A stretch of 62,626 bases of DNA, the filler included, from Globobulimina sp. (lineage: Eukaryota), in the NCBI GenBank assembly GCA_003354225.1. It is 35 parts of 35 records of this genome, joined end to end, with 100 filler letters (N's around TTAATTAATTAA, not from the genome) between each part and the next. Parts side by side here need not be neighbours in the genome. Positions count along the whole stretch, not along the records: positions 1 to 1,693 come from PIVH01013031.1; positions 1,794 to 3,486 come from PIVH01013032.1; positions 3,587 to 5,279 come from PIVH01013033.1; positions 5,380 to 7,072 come from PIVH01013034.1; positions 7,173 to 8,865 come from PIVH01013035.1; positions 8,966 to 10,658 come from PIVH01013036.1; positions 10,759 to 12,451 come from PIVH01013037.1; positions 12,552 to 14,244 come from PIVH01013038.1; 27 more parts are not named here. One strand, given 5' to 3'. The notes beneath the pieces were generated by a model. It searched no databases, was not told the DNA's origin, and worked only from the letters and a program-made list of their open reading frames with translations. This document shows positions 1 through 12,553 of this stretch, piece by piece (position 1 is the stretch's first letter; each line of letters starts with the position of its first letter). Both the position numbers and the translations under genes were made by a program.

Positions 1-2
1 TA

Positions 3-1693
3 AATTTAGACATTTATGTCAGTAAAAAATTGATTTGGATCAGCAATTACATCGCGAAAAAAAAGCATCTGACCAAAGATAATGTGGTGTTGGTGGATAA
101 CCACAGCTACGTCGAAAATGAGAGCAATGCGTTTTGCATCGCGCATAATATCGACCACGGTTTTGACTTCTTATTGGAAACCGATGTCCGAGAGATTGAG
201 AAACGAATCGGCTGCAAATATAAACGGAATGCAAAGTATCAAAACGATTTATTAGAATATCCGTTAAATAAATCGCTCTCTGAAATCAATTACGTGCTGT
301 ACAAAGACATCAAATTCGAAATCATCAACAACGGCAACACCGACAAAGACTTGTCGTTGGAGCTGCAAAATAAGCACAAAACGCGCATCAATATCGAGCA
401 ATATATCTCTGACAAATGTCGCAATTTATCCATTCGCGAACGGCAATGTTTTTTTTATTTTTTCAAGAAATTTAAGCTGTTGCAAGAGTCGCAACATTTG
501 CACCAATCGTGGATTGTTTTGAATCTCTGCTTCGAACTCATGAACATCGAGGCGGCGGACAGCGATTTGTGTCGTAGTCTGGCGATGGCATTGTCGGAGT
601 ATCAGTACTTCGCCGACGCCGAGTTTTACTTTAAAAAGTCACTCGAAATATTCCCCACTAACATAACTTCGCTGAAAGCGTACGCGTACTTTTTGTTTAT
701 GTTGGAGCGCTACGATGAGAGCTCGGATGTGTTTGAGAAGGCATTGGAGATAAACCCGATTAGCAAGAAGGCCATCTTAGGCTATGCGCGCTCGCTGTCC
801 TTTCTGAAGGAGCACGACAAAGCGGAGCAATTTTTCAAGAAATGCATCGAGTATTATTCCGAATGGGATTTGGCGCACTTTCGCTACGGCAAATTCCTGT
901 ATTTGTTGGAGCGGTATCAGGAGGCTAAGGATTATTTGTTGAACGCAGTGACCATTTGGTCGCACAGTGCCCGCTCGCATTTGTATTTGGCGCAATGCTA
1001 CGATAAGTTGGGCGACATTGAGGAGTTTGAGTTTTATTTGGAGAATGCGCTGAAATTGGAACCAGAGCATCACGAAGCGATCAATAAATGGGAGCGGCAT
1101 TATTGTAAGACCTACAATGCGAGTTATTTCCGCAAGAAAAAGTTCGTGAAACAGGCGCCGAAGATCCGGCCCAATAAATATAACTGGGATCAGAACTGCA
1201 TTCATAATAAGAGTGTCCAGGAAAAGATCCCTCTGCAGCAACAGGAGGAGTTTAAGCGGTTTTGGTATAATCACGTTTGGTTTAATAATGATAAGAAAAA
1301 GAAAGAGTATATTTTGCGATTCAGCAACACCAATTTGAACGACATTCGATTGATATTGTTTGAGCTCGATATTAGTACGATATTGCGGTCGCAGGTTGGC
1401 ATTACGAGCAATAATGACATTAAGTATATATTGGATGCGATTCGCATTTATAAGGAGCAATATGAGCAGTTTAAGGAGTGGTTGGTGAAAATTAAGATGG
1501 ATAAGGAATATATTGAGTTGTTGCAGAATAAACATGCCATTTATACCTTGCATCAAATGTTTATTCGATTTCGGAGCATACAGGATTTAGTTCGCATTTT
1601 TGGCAAAGAGCAGGAGATGACGGCGCAATATATTTATAAATGTATTCAAAATCAGAAACATCTTTATTATAAACAGCAAAATGCAAATCAACA
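3..1693 (+). CDS. Tetratricopeptide-repeat (TPR) protein, partial at both ends
   Basis: Frame open across the contig. About 5 TPR units, e.g. AEFYFKKSLEIFP, SDVFEKALEINP, EFYLENALKLEPEH. Confidence 0.85.
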
Positions 1694-1793
1694 NNNNNNN
1701 NNNNNNNNNNNNNNNNNNNNNNNNNNNNNNNNNNNNNTTAATTAATTAANNNNNNNNNNNNNNNNNNNNNNNNNNNNNNNNNNNNNNNNNNNN
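1694..1793. other. Artificial contig linker N44-TTAATTAATTAA-N44 (first of 34, recurring about every 1792 nt)
   Basis: Identical 100-nt spacer with stops in all six frames. 11 contigs of 1693, 19 of 1692 and 5 of 1691 bp plus 34 linkers sum to 62626. Confidence 0.99.
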
Positions 1794-1957
1794 ATAGCCA
1801 TCGAGTAAAAGCATATGTAGACATTTCCCTCAGTTTCATGAGATAATCTCCTTTATGCCACTTGTTACATTTTTTGTAATTCGAAATACTGTATTTTTTT
1901 TTCTGCAGCAGAACAGTTTTTGACTGCTCTGTTCAGAATTAACACCAACAAATCGAA

Positions 1958-3486
1958 ATGATCCTCCTTCGTACAGAAATAAACACAACATTAGTCGACG
2001 ATTGTTTTATTATCCCCATCCGCGATGTCCAAGCATCCCTTGAATGGTTTCTATCGGAAATATTGCAGAAATATCATAAATGGCATCCATTTAAAGTATA
2101 CGAGTTTGAAATATACAAAATGAATAAAGTTGAAATTGCAAAGAAAGATATTAATATCGAATCAACATTGTTAAATCTGCTAAATATCTCTGAATCTGAA
2201 TTTTATTCAAATACAATCAAACAACAAATCACCTGCGAGATCATAGAAAGTGAAAAGTCAAAGTTGCAAAGAAAAGAAGACGAAGAAAAAGAGGAAGAAT
2301 TACGATTAGAAAGATTACGCATTGAGGCAGAAAAAAAAGAAAAACGAAAAAAGAGAATCGCAGAAATTTCATTAAAAGCAAATTGCTGGGAACTTGAGAA
2401 ATATTCACAATTTTTAAATGTGCCATTATATGAAGATGATGAAATGGAGGGAAAAAAAGACGAAAAAGAGGAAAAAGAAGAATTGCTGCAAGATGAAGGG
2501 GGACAAATTGTAGTGAATACAGGCAGTTTAGATCAATGGTGTTCCATTCGATATATCACATCCATATTACCATCGTTTAAAACCTTCTTTTTCTCCATAA
2601 AAATTGTAGCATTGCCACCCACCACAAATACGTGGAGGATATGCATCGGCGTAGTACCGCACGAATTTAAAATAGATTCAGATCGACATTGGATTGGCTC
2701 TCAAAAATCATGGTCATATATATCCGGCACAGGAGGCAAATGTTATAACTCCGGCAAATCATTAGCTTATGGACAGAACTATGGATTAAATGATACAATT
2801 TCCATTGCATTAGATTTTGAAGATTGTAGCATTGAATTCTTTAAAAATGGTAAATCGCAAGGCATTGCATTTACAAATTTGTGCCAATCTGCTGTCATTC
2901 CCGCTGTGTCCGTAACGGCAAAAGGATGTAAATTAAAGTTAATAAATTTTCTAAATGATAAATATTTGCCTGAAAAATATAAAGCGAATATGATTAAAAA
3001 TGTTCATTTTCTTACAAATCACATGAAAGGAAAAGAATATTATTTATCAAATAAATTTGAAATATTACAAAATGAAATATGGAGAAATAAGAAAATAAAT
3101 ATGTTTTATCCTCGATTTTCATCGTATCATAACCCGATTTCATTGTATTTTAAAGGTGGAAATAAGTGTAACATTGTAACAAATAATGGGAGCGGCGATA
3201 AATGGCGAATTGCGCGATGTTTTGGTGCATATTATCCGCCGTTAACCTGTGGTTTTCAATTTGAGATTTTGCATAATCCGAAATCATCAAATACGTGGCG
3301 AATATGTTGTGGTGTAATTCCGATCGAATTTAATAGCGAATCAGAAAAAATATGGGTTGGTGCTCAAGGTTCATGGTCGTATATTTCCGGCACTGGCGGC
3401 AAATGTTTTAATTCATCACAGTCAACCTCTTATGGTGAAAGATATGGCGTTTCAGATATAATAACAGTTGTGATTGATTTTGAGAA
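1958..3486 (+). CDS. Tandem SPRY/B30.2-domain protein, 3' partial
   Basis: Two similar repeats NTWRIC(I/C)GV(V/I)P...WSYISGTGGKC(Y/F)NS...YG..YG..D.I, with IEFFKNGKSQGIAF, after a charged coiled coil. Confidence 0.85.
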
Positions 3487-3586
3487 NNNNNNNNNNNNNN
3501 NNNNNNNNNNNNNNNNNNNNNNNNNNNNNNTTAATTAATTAANNNNNNNNNNNNNNNNNNNNNNNNNNNNNNNNNNNNNNNNNNNN

Positions 3587-3679
3587 TTCAATACCAAGAA
3601 CCGTTGCTAATTGCTTTGTCACTTCTGTTTTACCAACACCTGTTGGGCCAGAAAATAAGAAAGAGCCATCTGGCTTTTC
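3587..3679 (-). CDS. clpA: Bacterial ClpA-like AAA+ ATPase fragment (second Walker A) at the contig end
   Basis: EKPDGSFLFSGPTGVGKTEVTKQLATVLGIE matches the ClpA D2 motif KP.GSFLF.GPTGVGKTEVT.QL...LGIE. Only about 31 codons are present. Confidence 0.75.
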
Positions 3680-3817
3680 TACAGATTTAGAAACGTCAAC
3701 AAATGTATTTAACAGCGACTGAGAATTTTCTCCGATGCTATTCACTGCTCCAAATCCTAACGATTCATCAGTATTTAATAATGGTTCAAAAGATGATTCA
3801 TTTTTAACCGAAGCCAT
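3680..3817 (-). CDS. N-terminus of a eukaryotic protein, possibly an amino-acid transporter, joined in frame to the ClpA fragment
   Basis: MASVKNESSFEPLL...SLLNTFVDVSKSV carries an acidic dileucine-like motif and does not resemble ClpA. Confidence 0.4.
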
Positions 3818-4188
3818 TATTGTATCTGAGTTTTTTTCAGCGAATTGTGGGTAACATTTTCGTTGCAAGATCTTCTGACAATGAACCGCAAATATGCAAG
3901 CAGAGCCTCGTGTAATAAGCTAAATACCACCGCTCCGAAGCATTGTTACAACCATTCGATACACCCCGAAACATTTGGTATTTACATCTATATGCATGAA
4001 TTTGCAAAGTTTAATTAATCAGAGTACAATCTTGTATGCAACTTGCGGATTATTTTGAGCAACAATATAAATGTTTATATGTACTCTGGTTAGCACTTTT
4101 TATAACATCAAAAATATAATACATATAACATAAATTAGAACTTGATCAATTTGGTGTTGACTTATTACAAAAAGAATGTGATGGATGT

Positions 4189-5279
4189 ATGACAGAATGT
4201 GAATGTTTAAAACGTATCGGAATTATTTTGAATAAATATCGGTTATGCCTGGCACAAAATGGTTTGACTAAACCTAGCAAAGCTAATCATCATCATGGTG
4301 GATATAGTATGGGATTTGCTGGTAAGCAGGACTTTAATTTTAATAATTCGTCAGAACCAATGGATTTATTAGCAATATATCAGCAACAGGTTTATGGCAA
4401 TCATCAGCCAATGATGAATTTAAATAAAATAAATTCAATGTATGATTTTATAAATTTTAAGTTGGGTGACAATTACAATAATGTCCAATTATTAGATGAT
4501 TTTCATCATTTATTATATGATCACAATCATGAATTTGATTCAATACATAAATACTTTGTTACTCAGCTTGGTGCCAAATGTATACCATCGATATGTAAAC
4601 TGCTATTACAGCAAAATGATAAAACACAACAACATTTATCAGATTATGACAGCCATGAACTCGAAACAAAGAAAATTATCAATCAAATACATTGTTATTA
4701 TTTACATTCGTTTGATATCGGATACAAATTAACAACAAATGAATTAAAAACGATACAGTCATATTCCGATAACAGCGAAAATATGACAAATAATGCGATA
4801 GATGCGAAATTAGCAATTGTTTATAAAATGATTCATAAAAAACGAAAGAATGGAATTTTTAATCTTGTGAATAAAAATTATAGTAAATACATTTCGTTTT
4901 TGTCTACAAACCAACAGAATGAAAATTACAATGTGTATGGGAAGCGATTTTATTATTGGGATTGGTATAAAACAAAAACAAATATTGACGCAATAAATGG
5001 TGGCTTAATATCTGACTGGTATATCACAAATAAATATATAGATTTAAAAACAGAATTATTGCACAATAATTTAGCTAAAATTAGTAAACAAACGTTAGAT
5101 TATTTGTTAGAGCAAATAAAAAATATAATGAAATGTAGTAAAACCAAACAATTGCGAGCAAATACATCAAGTAGTTATGCTCAATTATTACGAAAATATG
5201 CAATTAAAAAAAGATCCCCAATTACAACCAATCATATTTTATCTGTGTTATTATATTGTAATTATCCCCAAATCCAACA
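4189..5279 (+). CDS. Hypothetical protein, 3' partial
   Basis: ORF of more than 360 codons with LLDDFHHLL..H, IHCYYLHS and GKRFYYW motifs. No assignable domain. Confidence 0.75.
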
Positions 5280-5381
5280 NNNNNNNNNNNNNNNNNNNNN
5301 NNNNNNNNNNNNNNNNNNNNNNNTTAATTAATTAANNNNNNNNNNNNNNNNNNNNNNNNNNNNNNNNNNNNNNNNNNNNCA

Positions 5382-5870
5382 GGTTTATGGAAGCCCAGAA
5401 CTGGGCACATTGAACTCATTAATGCAAAGAATATATTTTTTATCTCGCAAAGACCGTATTTGATACCAAACGGTAATATCAAGAAACAGCTAAGTTATCC
5501 AAATAATAGTAACGAATTTGACGACGTTCATATTGTGGATATATTGAAATTTGTTGGGTTGCATTCGTTGATTGTGATGCGTGGTGGTTTGAATAATGAG
5601 GATGTAATTAATGGGTTGTCGGGAGGCGAAATACAGCGCATTGGGATGGCGCGATGCTTATTAAATAAACCGGTGTTTGCATTGTTAGATGAATGTAGTA
5701 GCGCTGTCTCGGAGGATATGACGAATAAATTTTTTAGTAAATGTAGCGAATTAAATATTACATTGATTACTATCGCACACGACCACCACTTGAAAAAATA
5801 TCATAAACAAATATTGCATATTACAAAAAATGATTGGAACGTAACTGAAAATCAACAACACATTTTTTGA
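5382..5870 (+). CDS. ABCD-family (peroxisomal) ABC transporter nucleotide-binding domain, 5' partial
   Basis: GLWKPRTGHI...FFISQRPYL, signature LSGGEIQRIGMAR, Walker B FALLDECSSAVS, and ITIAH. Confidence 0.9.
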   Translation, partial: GLWKPRTGHIELINAKNIFFISQRPYLIPNGNIKKQLSYPNNSNEFDDVHIVDILKFVGLHSLIVMRGGLNNEDVINGLSGGEIQRIGMARCLLNKPVFALLDECSSAVSEDMTNKFFSKCSELNITLITIAHDHHLKKYHKQILHITKNDWNVTENQQHIF

Positions 5871-6268
5871 AATGTTTTTTAATGCATAAAGTAACACCAC
5901 ATCTCATGATTCATTCAGATTTTTTTTAAACATTTTTCAATGATATTTTGAATATAAATTATTTAATGATGATCATTATGAATATTTTTTCGTTTCTCCT
6001 TTGATAATATCTGTATATTTTAAATGCTCCTTTCGGTGATTAAGAAAAACTTACTGAAGCTGACTAAAACTTCGGTGAAAACCTTTCAAGTGAGACTGAT
6101 ATAATAAGCAATATTGTGTTGACTATGAAAGTATAAAAAGCTGTACAGTTGATTTTTTGATCATGGTTTGCTGACTTTGAAGATGGAGCTAAAATATGCA
6201 ATTTTATCCTTGCACTCAATGAGAAAATGTTAACGTATAATATTATAAGCATTTATGTAATGTCATGT

Positions 6269-6688
6269 TTAGAAATATAATTTTTTGAAGAACCATCTGA
6301 TGGACGGTTTAGAATTTCTAAAATAAATTCTTCTAAATTTTTTTCGAATATCCCGTCTCAATTTTTTTCTTTTTCCATCTTTGGGGTTTAATGTTTTCAC
6401 AGAGATCTTATTTTTGCCCAAATCCATTGGTAATTTATAGCGTGTGGGCATTACATGGATTTGATTGATTACTTTAATGAAAGTATGCATCTTTGATTTT
6501 TCTTTAATTTGCGTACGAGTCATTTTGTCAGTGACCCTTCGCGGTGCTTTGGAGATTCCCGCTATGATACAATGGTCAAATTTATGCTTTCTTGATGCTT
6601 CTTTAGTCTCTAAAATGACTGCTTTACATCCGGCAAAACGACCTTGTAATACCATCACCACCCGACCACGCTTCATAAATTTCACCAT
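6269..6688 (-). CDS. RPL27: 60S ribosomal protein L27 (eL27)
   Basis: MVKFMKRGRVVMVLQGRFAGCKAVI...HVMPTRY...WFFKKLYF, complete 139 aa. Confidence 0.97.
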   Translation of the reverse strand: MVKFMKRGRVVMVLQGRFAGCKAVILETKEASRKHKFDHCIIAGISKAPRRVTDKMTRTQIKEKSKMHTFIKVINQIHVMPTRYKLPMDLGKNKISVKTLNPKDGKRKKLRRDIRKKFRRIYFRNSKPSIRWFFKKLYF

Positions 6689-7233
6689 TTTGGTGCACGA
6701 TCACAGAGTTTGATTGCGGCTGTGTTGGTGCAGTAAGAACACAATGTTAAATGTGAATTGTGTCGACTTTACTTCACAAGTTTTTAGTTTTTTTTTGCTT
6801 CACTCATTCTGGAGCAATTAAATTGTTGGCATGCTAGCTGTGTTTGTGTGTTTTGGTTAAATTATTCAAAGCAATTTGAATTCTGATTTCAATAATAATT
6901 TGATTTTTCCTTTCTTTCCGCATAACTTTCATCATTTTTGTCCAAAAACGTACTGTCAAGAATGATGGTCAACAGTCTGTCAGGTGACTCAGGTCAGAAG
7001 TTTAGATCAGAAAATAAATCTGACCGATCAGAATGAAATCAGTCAGTTGGTTATGACCTGAATTGTGATGGTNNNNNNNNNNNNNNNNNNNNNNNNNNNN
7101 NNNNNNNNNNNNNNNNTTAATTAATTAANNNNNNNNNNNNNNNNNNNNNNNNNNNNNNNNNNNNNNNNNNNNGTATAGATGTCATGAGTAAAAGGTTTTT
7201 TTTTTTAAGAAAAAAAGAGCTAACATCTCGTAA

Positions 7234-8649
7234 ATGTTCATCACATATAATGGAGATTCCGCAAAATCGAATGGATTAAATAAACGAAAATGGTGCGTCC
7301 TTACTATGTTATGTATCGTTTCAATGCTACACGGAAGTTATGTTATGTATACAGTACATTTAATCATTAATCATTTGTATACAAACAGTTAATCGTGAAG
7401 AATTATTCACATTATGGAGCCAGATATGTTACATTCCTGCTGCTTTATTTTTATCATTTTATCCGAAACATTTTTCATCGCGGTCGTGTATAACAATCGC
7501 AAGCGGTTTGATTTGCATTAGCTCGACATTGAAAGTTATAGCCAGATCTAATCAATATACATTAATATGTTCACAAATATTAAATGGATTCGCAGCACCA
7601 TTCGTGCAATCAACAGCATCATTAACATCATCAGAATGGTTCTCCTTTAATCAGCGGATATTAACTAGATCGTTAGCTATATCGGCCAACTACTTAGGTA
7701 TTTGGGTATCAATTTGTTTTATATTTCTTTTTTTTTATGTTGTTAATTATCGGAAATCCACACAGGTTTATTGCTATGTTATGTATCACTGATGATTAGC
7801 ACCAATGAGCATAAATTACTTTCAATGATTCGAATAGTAGCGATAATATCTTCGATCACATTTTTAATAATATTAATTGATCAAATCTATCATGAAAATA
7901 CACCGATTGTCCCACCATCAATATCAGCCTTATTAACAATTGAAACGCAACAAATAATGAAAATTACGTTGAAAGAAGAATTGAAATATATTTTTAAAAA
8001 CTTCCAATTTCAATATTTTACTATAGTGATAGGCATATTTGAAGGAGTAATAATTGGATTGAAGAGCGTTTTGCATAAAATATTAACATATTATTTGGGA
8101 TATACTGACAATTTAATGGTCAGAGTTATGTATATTATAATTTCATCCACAATGGTATGTGGCATAATTGTGTTTGGATTTATAGCAAACATATCCAGAC
8201 AACCATTATATAAACAGTACATTATTCGTTTTAAACTTTTTTCTGGATTATTTTTTGTTTTGTTTACTTTATTTGTAAGTAAAATAATAATATTGCCAAC
8301 AATATTCGGTTTAATCGCATGTTCAGTTGCTATCACTGCCAACGCAGCTGTTTATGGTATAATATATGAAGCCGCAGTAGAAAATATATATCCATCCAGA
8401 CAGATTTTTGCTGGTACAATTTTAACAATATATATTAATATCTTCGGAGCTATGTTTACAATCTTATTTCGATATGTTTCTCATTCAGTGGTTAATTGGA
8501 TTTTATGTTTATCACAATTTATATGTGCTGGTTTATTATATTTTTATGAGCAAAGATATGATAGATTTAAGTTGGATGCAACCATCATAAAATTACAAAA
8601 AAATGCATTGATACCCAATCGATCTGCGTCATTGATAGACTGTGAGTAA
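7234..8649 (+). CDS. MFS transporter, SLC49/FLVCR-like, with two introns (about 7338-7388 and 7698-7766)
   Basis: Spliced reading KRKWCVLTML...QILNGFAAPF...SSEWFSFNQR...YLG|LLLCYV...TPIVPPS...YEAAVENIYP. About 12 hydrophobic segments and GT-AG borders. Confidence 0.8.
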
Positions 8650-8965
8650 TCCATTGATATTTTAGACTGTGAGCTACCAATCAATTATATTAAATAAATA
8701 AAACACAAAAGCTTTCAGTTAATATTCATGGTCGTCCAGTATTGGATTTTTCTAATTTACAAAATGATGACAAACGATTTAAACTCAACTTTAATTGTTG
8801 TTCATCACTCTTTTCGGCGTTGCACATAACGCCAATGGGAAATAAATATGTTTCCATAGATTTCTNNNNNNNNNNNNNNNNNNNNNNNNNNNNNNNNNNN
8901 NNNNNNNNNTTAATTAATTAANNNNNNNNNNNNNNNNNNNNNNNNNNNNNNNNNNNNNNNNNNNN

Positions 8966-10604
8966 ATATGACTATGGTGGGAAGCAGTGCCAACAGGGCG
9001 TACAACCACGACATGACGAACATGACATAGGCGCACGAGACGCAGCCGACGCCGGCAGTATATTTGTTGAAATATAGGAAGGACGGGTTCCAGCTGTCCG
9101 ATTTGGGCGCAATCTCCAAATAAAAGGCCGCCAAATTGATAATCAAATAGGTCAACATAAAAAACTGCGATATCAGCGGCGCCACGGCATTCAAATCACC
9201 AATCACATTGCATCCAAATGCCACCAAAAACGTCAGCAAATATCCGTTAATCGGGTCGCCAGAAACATTTTGCTTTTCAAACAGAAATAAGGCGCCACCA
9301 AAACATTGCTGATCCAAATCATGAACAATGGCTTGCAATATCCGCGGCGCTCCGACCAACGAAGCAATGGCTGAGGACAAGGTCGCGGCGTAAATCCCAA
9401 TCAAAATCAAGTAGTCCCAGACGCAAATCGAGGCCATGATTAAATTGTTGTCTTTCAACTCGGAGCGACTCACCACTGCGCCGGTCACAGTCGCCAACAA
9501 AATATAAGCAATGCTGCTCACGCCAATGGCCCACAGCGTGCCTTTAGGAATATCGATGTGCGGATTGCGTAAATCACCGCTGATGTTCGCGCCGGCCATA
9601 ATTCCCGTGACCGCCGGGAAAAAGATAGCAAATATGCTCCAAAAGGAATAGCCCTCGTAATCTGCAGATAAATTGTCATGAAAGTTGCCGTTGCGCCAAC
9701 CTGCAAAGCCGAACACTGTCTGCTCGCCGTCGTCGCCATATTCGGTTTTGTAGAGAGAGCCGACAAAAAATAGAATCAACGAAATGATGATAAATAACAA
9801 CAGCATTAATTGCGTTTTCACCACGTAGTTGAGACCGAATATCGCCAGCATTAAGACAAAAATCAGTGTAATATTGGCCCAGACGCGAACATTATTTCTG
9901 TCGCCGACGAAAAAATGCCAGCCGGCTTCGTCATAAATGTTTTCGTGGATTGTTTCTGCGAAACCGATCAAATACAACGAGACCGCCATCATGTTGCCAA
10001 TGCAGAATATTATGCCGATGGCGCCGCCCAACGACGGGCCCAAAGCGCGAGAGATGAAGAAATAAGCTCCGCCGCCTAAGATGACGCCGTTTGTACAGAT
10101 GGCGCTCATGGATAAGGTGGTTAGTATGGTCACGACGGACGCGATGAGAATGATTAAGATGGAGTCGATGATGCCGCATTGGCCCACCATAAAGCCGACG
10201 CGCAAAAACATGATCACGCCAAAGATATTCAAGATGCAGCGCGCCATCACACCGTCCCATGTGCCGAACTTTGGGCGGCTGCCGTCGTCGATGGCCACGC
10301 CGAGCAAACTCTCCCTTTCCAGGGTCTCGACGTCGACATAGGTGGATTCTGCATAGGTGGCGCCCAAAGCTTGCGAGATTAGCACACTGCGCGCATACAC
10401 CCGTTCTATGAAAGAGGCAGCTTCCAATTCGGTACCGGTGTGCTCACTGTTTGCTGCAGTCGAGCCGAGTTTGCTTTTATTCATATTGCCTTTTACTGCG
10501 TTGCTGTTGCTGTTGGTGTGGTAATTGTTGTGCTGTTGTATGGAGAGCGGTTGTCTCGGCTGCAATTGGTAGGATTCGCGATCGGTTGTATGCTCGATTT
10601 CCAC
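8966..10604 (-). CDS. SLC12-family cation-chloride cotransporter, 3' partial
   Basis: KFGTWDGVMARCILNIFGVIMFLR, GGAYFFISRALGP, FFPAVTGIMAGANISGDL, LVGAPRILQA. Confidence 0.95.
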
Positions 10605-10759
10605 TTCTTCGATTGTGAGAGTGCTGGTCGAAGCGGATAAATCATACAGACTGTTTTCNNNNNNNNNNNNNNNNNNNNNNNNNNNNNNNNNNNNNNNNNN
10701 NNTTAATTAATTAANNNNNNNNNNNNNNNNNNNNNNNNNNNNNNNNNNNNNNNNNNNNT

Positions 10760-12274
10760 GGAACAAAAATAATTACAAAAAATGTAAAAAAACAATATAA
10801 TAATTTATCGATAATAATGGCGGCATTCAGGCCGTTGCACGCATTAAAAAAGCATCCAATGGATATTATTAAACATATTAATAATAATTGCATTTCTCGA
10901 GATTTACATGATTCATTTTTTAATTGGTTTAAATTGAATAAATTATTGATTGATTATTATCAAATATTAACACCAAATCAAACAACTTATAATATGTATA
11001 CTGGTAATCCATTCGCTGCGATGTTTGCTCCATTAAATCCTAATAATATTACTGGAAACGCACCTGTTGACGATGAAAAATACCAAGATAAGCAATGTAA
11101 AATGATGCATATGTTCTTAGCGAAAATGTATAAAAACATTATGTCTTTAACCATAAGAAATGTCCGCAATATAAAATTATTTGAACAGGTGCTGCAATTG
11201 AATAAATTGCCGAAACTATTTCACTTACAATTTGATTTAAATATTAATATTTATATTGCCAAACTATTGTCCTCTTATAATTTATGTAACATTTTATCTT
11301 TGACACTTTATGACGTCTTGAAAATGAAAGAAGAGGAAGACGCTGGTTCTCGCGGTGGTGCTTTGCTGCAATATGGAAATAATTATTCTCATAATCGCAA
11401 TATAAAAAAAGAGGATCGCAATATTTGTGAGATATTAAATATAATATTTAAAGCTTGCAAACATTTATTATCATTTTATTGTGCATTGGTGCCAAAGTTA
11501 GAGTCGTTGCCTGCGATAGCAATGTTTGGCGGAATGGCTCGTAATAATAATAATCACAATTATGTCAAAGGAACAGTAATATTTCCATCATCATTACAAT
11601 TTATATTTTTATCGCAATGTGATACATTTTTTAATATTGATTTGTCAAAATGTAATGATTTAATATCTTTATATTTGTTAAGTGATAATAATGCTGTGAA
11701 TGCCACATTGAATGACTTAAATATATTTAATATTAATCATTTTATAAAATGGCCAAAGACTGAAATAAAATGTTTAGTATTTCAACAAACAAAACCGCAG
11801 CATATAGCTATTGTGAATGGGAGAAGATTATTACCAGATTTTATTAATCATTTTTATAAATATTTTAATAATATAAAAAAAGTAAAACATGAATATCGCA
11901 ATAAACCAAATGTGAGATTTATAAAATATAATACAATGCCAGCATTTGTGACTATTGATGATAATGCAAACACATATAATCCAATAAATAAAAACAACGA
12001 TGAAACAGTTAGTATTAAACAAATTAATCAATGGACAAAATCGCTGGATGTTGATGATGTGTTATCATTGCAACAGAAATATTTAATTATTAAAAATCAA
12101 TCAAATAATGGTACCGGTACCGATGTTAATGATTTATGGCAAATATTATTAAAATTATCCTCAAATGATAATAGAATTGAAATGTATGAAAATTGGTTTG
12201 AAATTGATGTGAGTTTATGGATTAAAAATATGTTTAAATCTAATCAAGTGAGTGATGTGAAATTGAAATTGTGA
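10760..12274 (+). CDS. Hypothetical protein with degenerate leucine-rich repeats, 5' partial
   Basis: Long ORF with LxxLxL-like units (LPKLFHLQF, ILSLTL, FPSSLQFIFLSQC, LISLYL). Confidence 0.65.
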   Translation, partial: GTKIITKNVKKQYNNLSIIMAAFRPLHALKKHPMDIIKHINNNCISRDLHDSFFNWFKLNKLLIDYYQILTPNQTTYNMYTGNPFAAMFAPLNPNNITGNAPVDDEKYQDKQCKMMHMFLAKMYKNIMSLTIRNVRNIKLFEQVLQLNKLPKLFHLQFDLNINIYIAKLLSSYNLCNILSLTLYDVLKMKEEEDAGSRGGALLQYGNNYSHNRNIKKEDRNICEILNIIFKACKHLLSFYCALVPKLESLPAIAMFGGMARNNNNHNYVKGTVIFPSSLQFIFLSQCDTFFNIDLSKCNDLISLYLLSDNNAVNATLNDLNIFNINHFIKWPKTEIKCLVFQQTKPQHIAIVNGRRLLPDFINHFYKYFNNIKKVKHEYRNKPNVRFIKYNTMPAFVTIDDNANTYNPINKNNDETVSIKQINQWTKSLDVDDVLSLQQKYLIIKNQSNNGTGTDVNDLWQILLKLSSNDNRIEMYENWFEIDVSLWIKNMFKSNQVSDVKLKL

Positions 12275-12553
12275 TTGTATGTAATTGTGATTGTATGTGA
12301 TTTTATATCTACTTTAGAACCCGTTTGAAACATGCACATTTTTTTTTAAAATCCGTAAATCCGCATTGTGTTACATGTACAAAGGCGTTGCTCAACTTGT
12401 AGAATTCTACAACATTTCATGTGCAAGAAAAAACTATTGCACATGACATGANNNNNNNNNNNNNNNNNNNNNNNNNNNNNNNNNNNNNNNNNNNNTTAAT
12501 TAATTAANNNNNNNNNNNNNNNNNNNNNNNNNNNNNNNNNNNNNNNNNNNNAT

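Noticed and set aside
777-1556. Long antisense ORF (and similar ones at 20883-21293, 16941-17306, 53332-53727)
   Set aside because: Shadow frames opposite well-supported genes, with no motifs of their own.
1738-1749. Regularly spaced TTAATTAATTAA motif as a biological repeat or array
   Set aside because: Always embedded in N44 runs; an artificial six-frame stop linker. ORF tails ending in X..N or X..LIN are artefacts of it.
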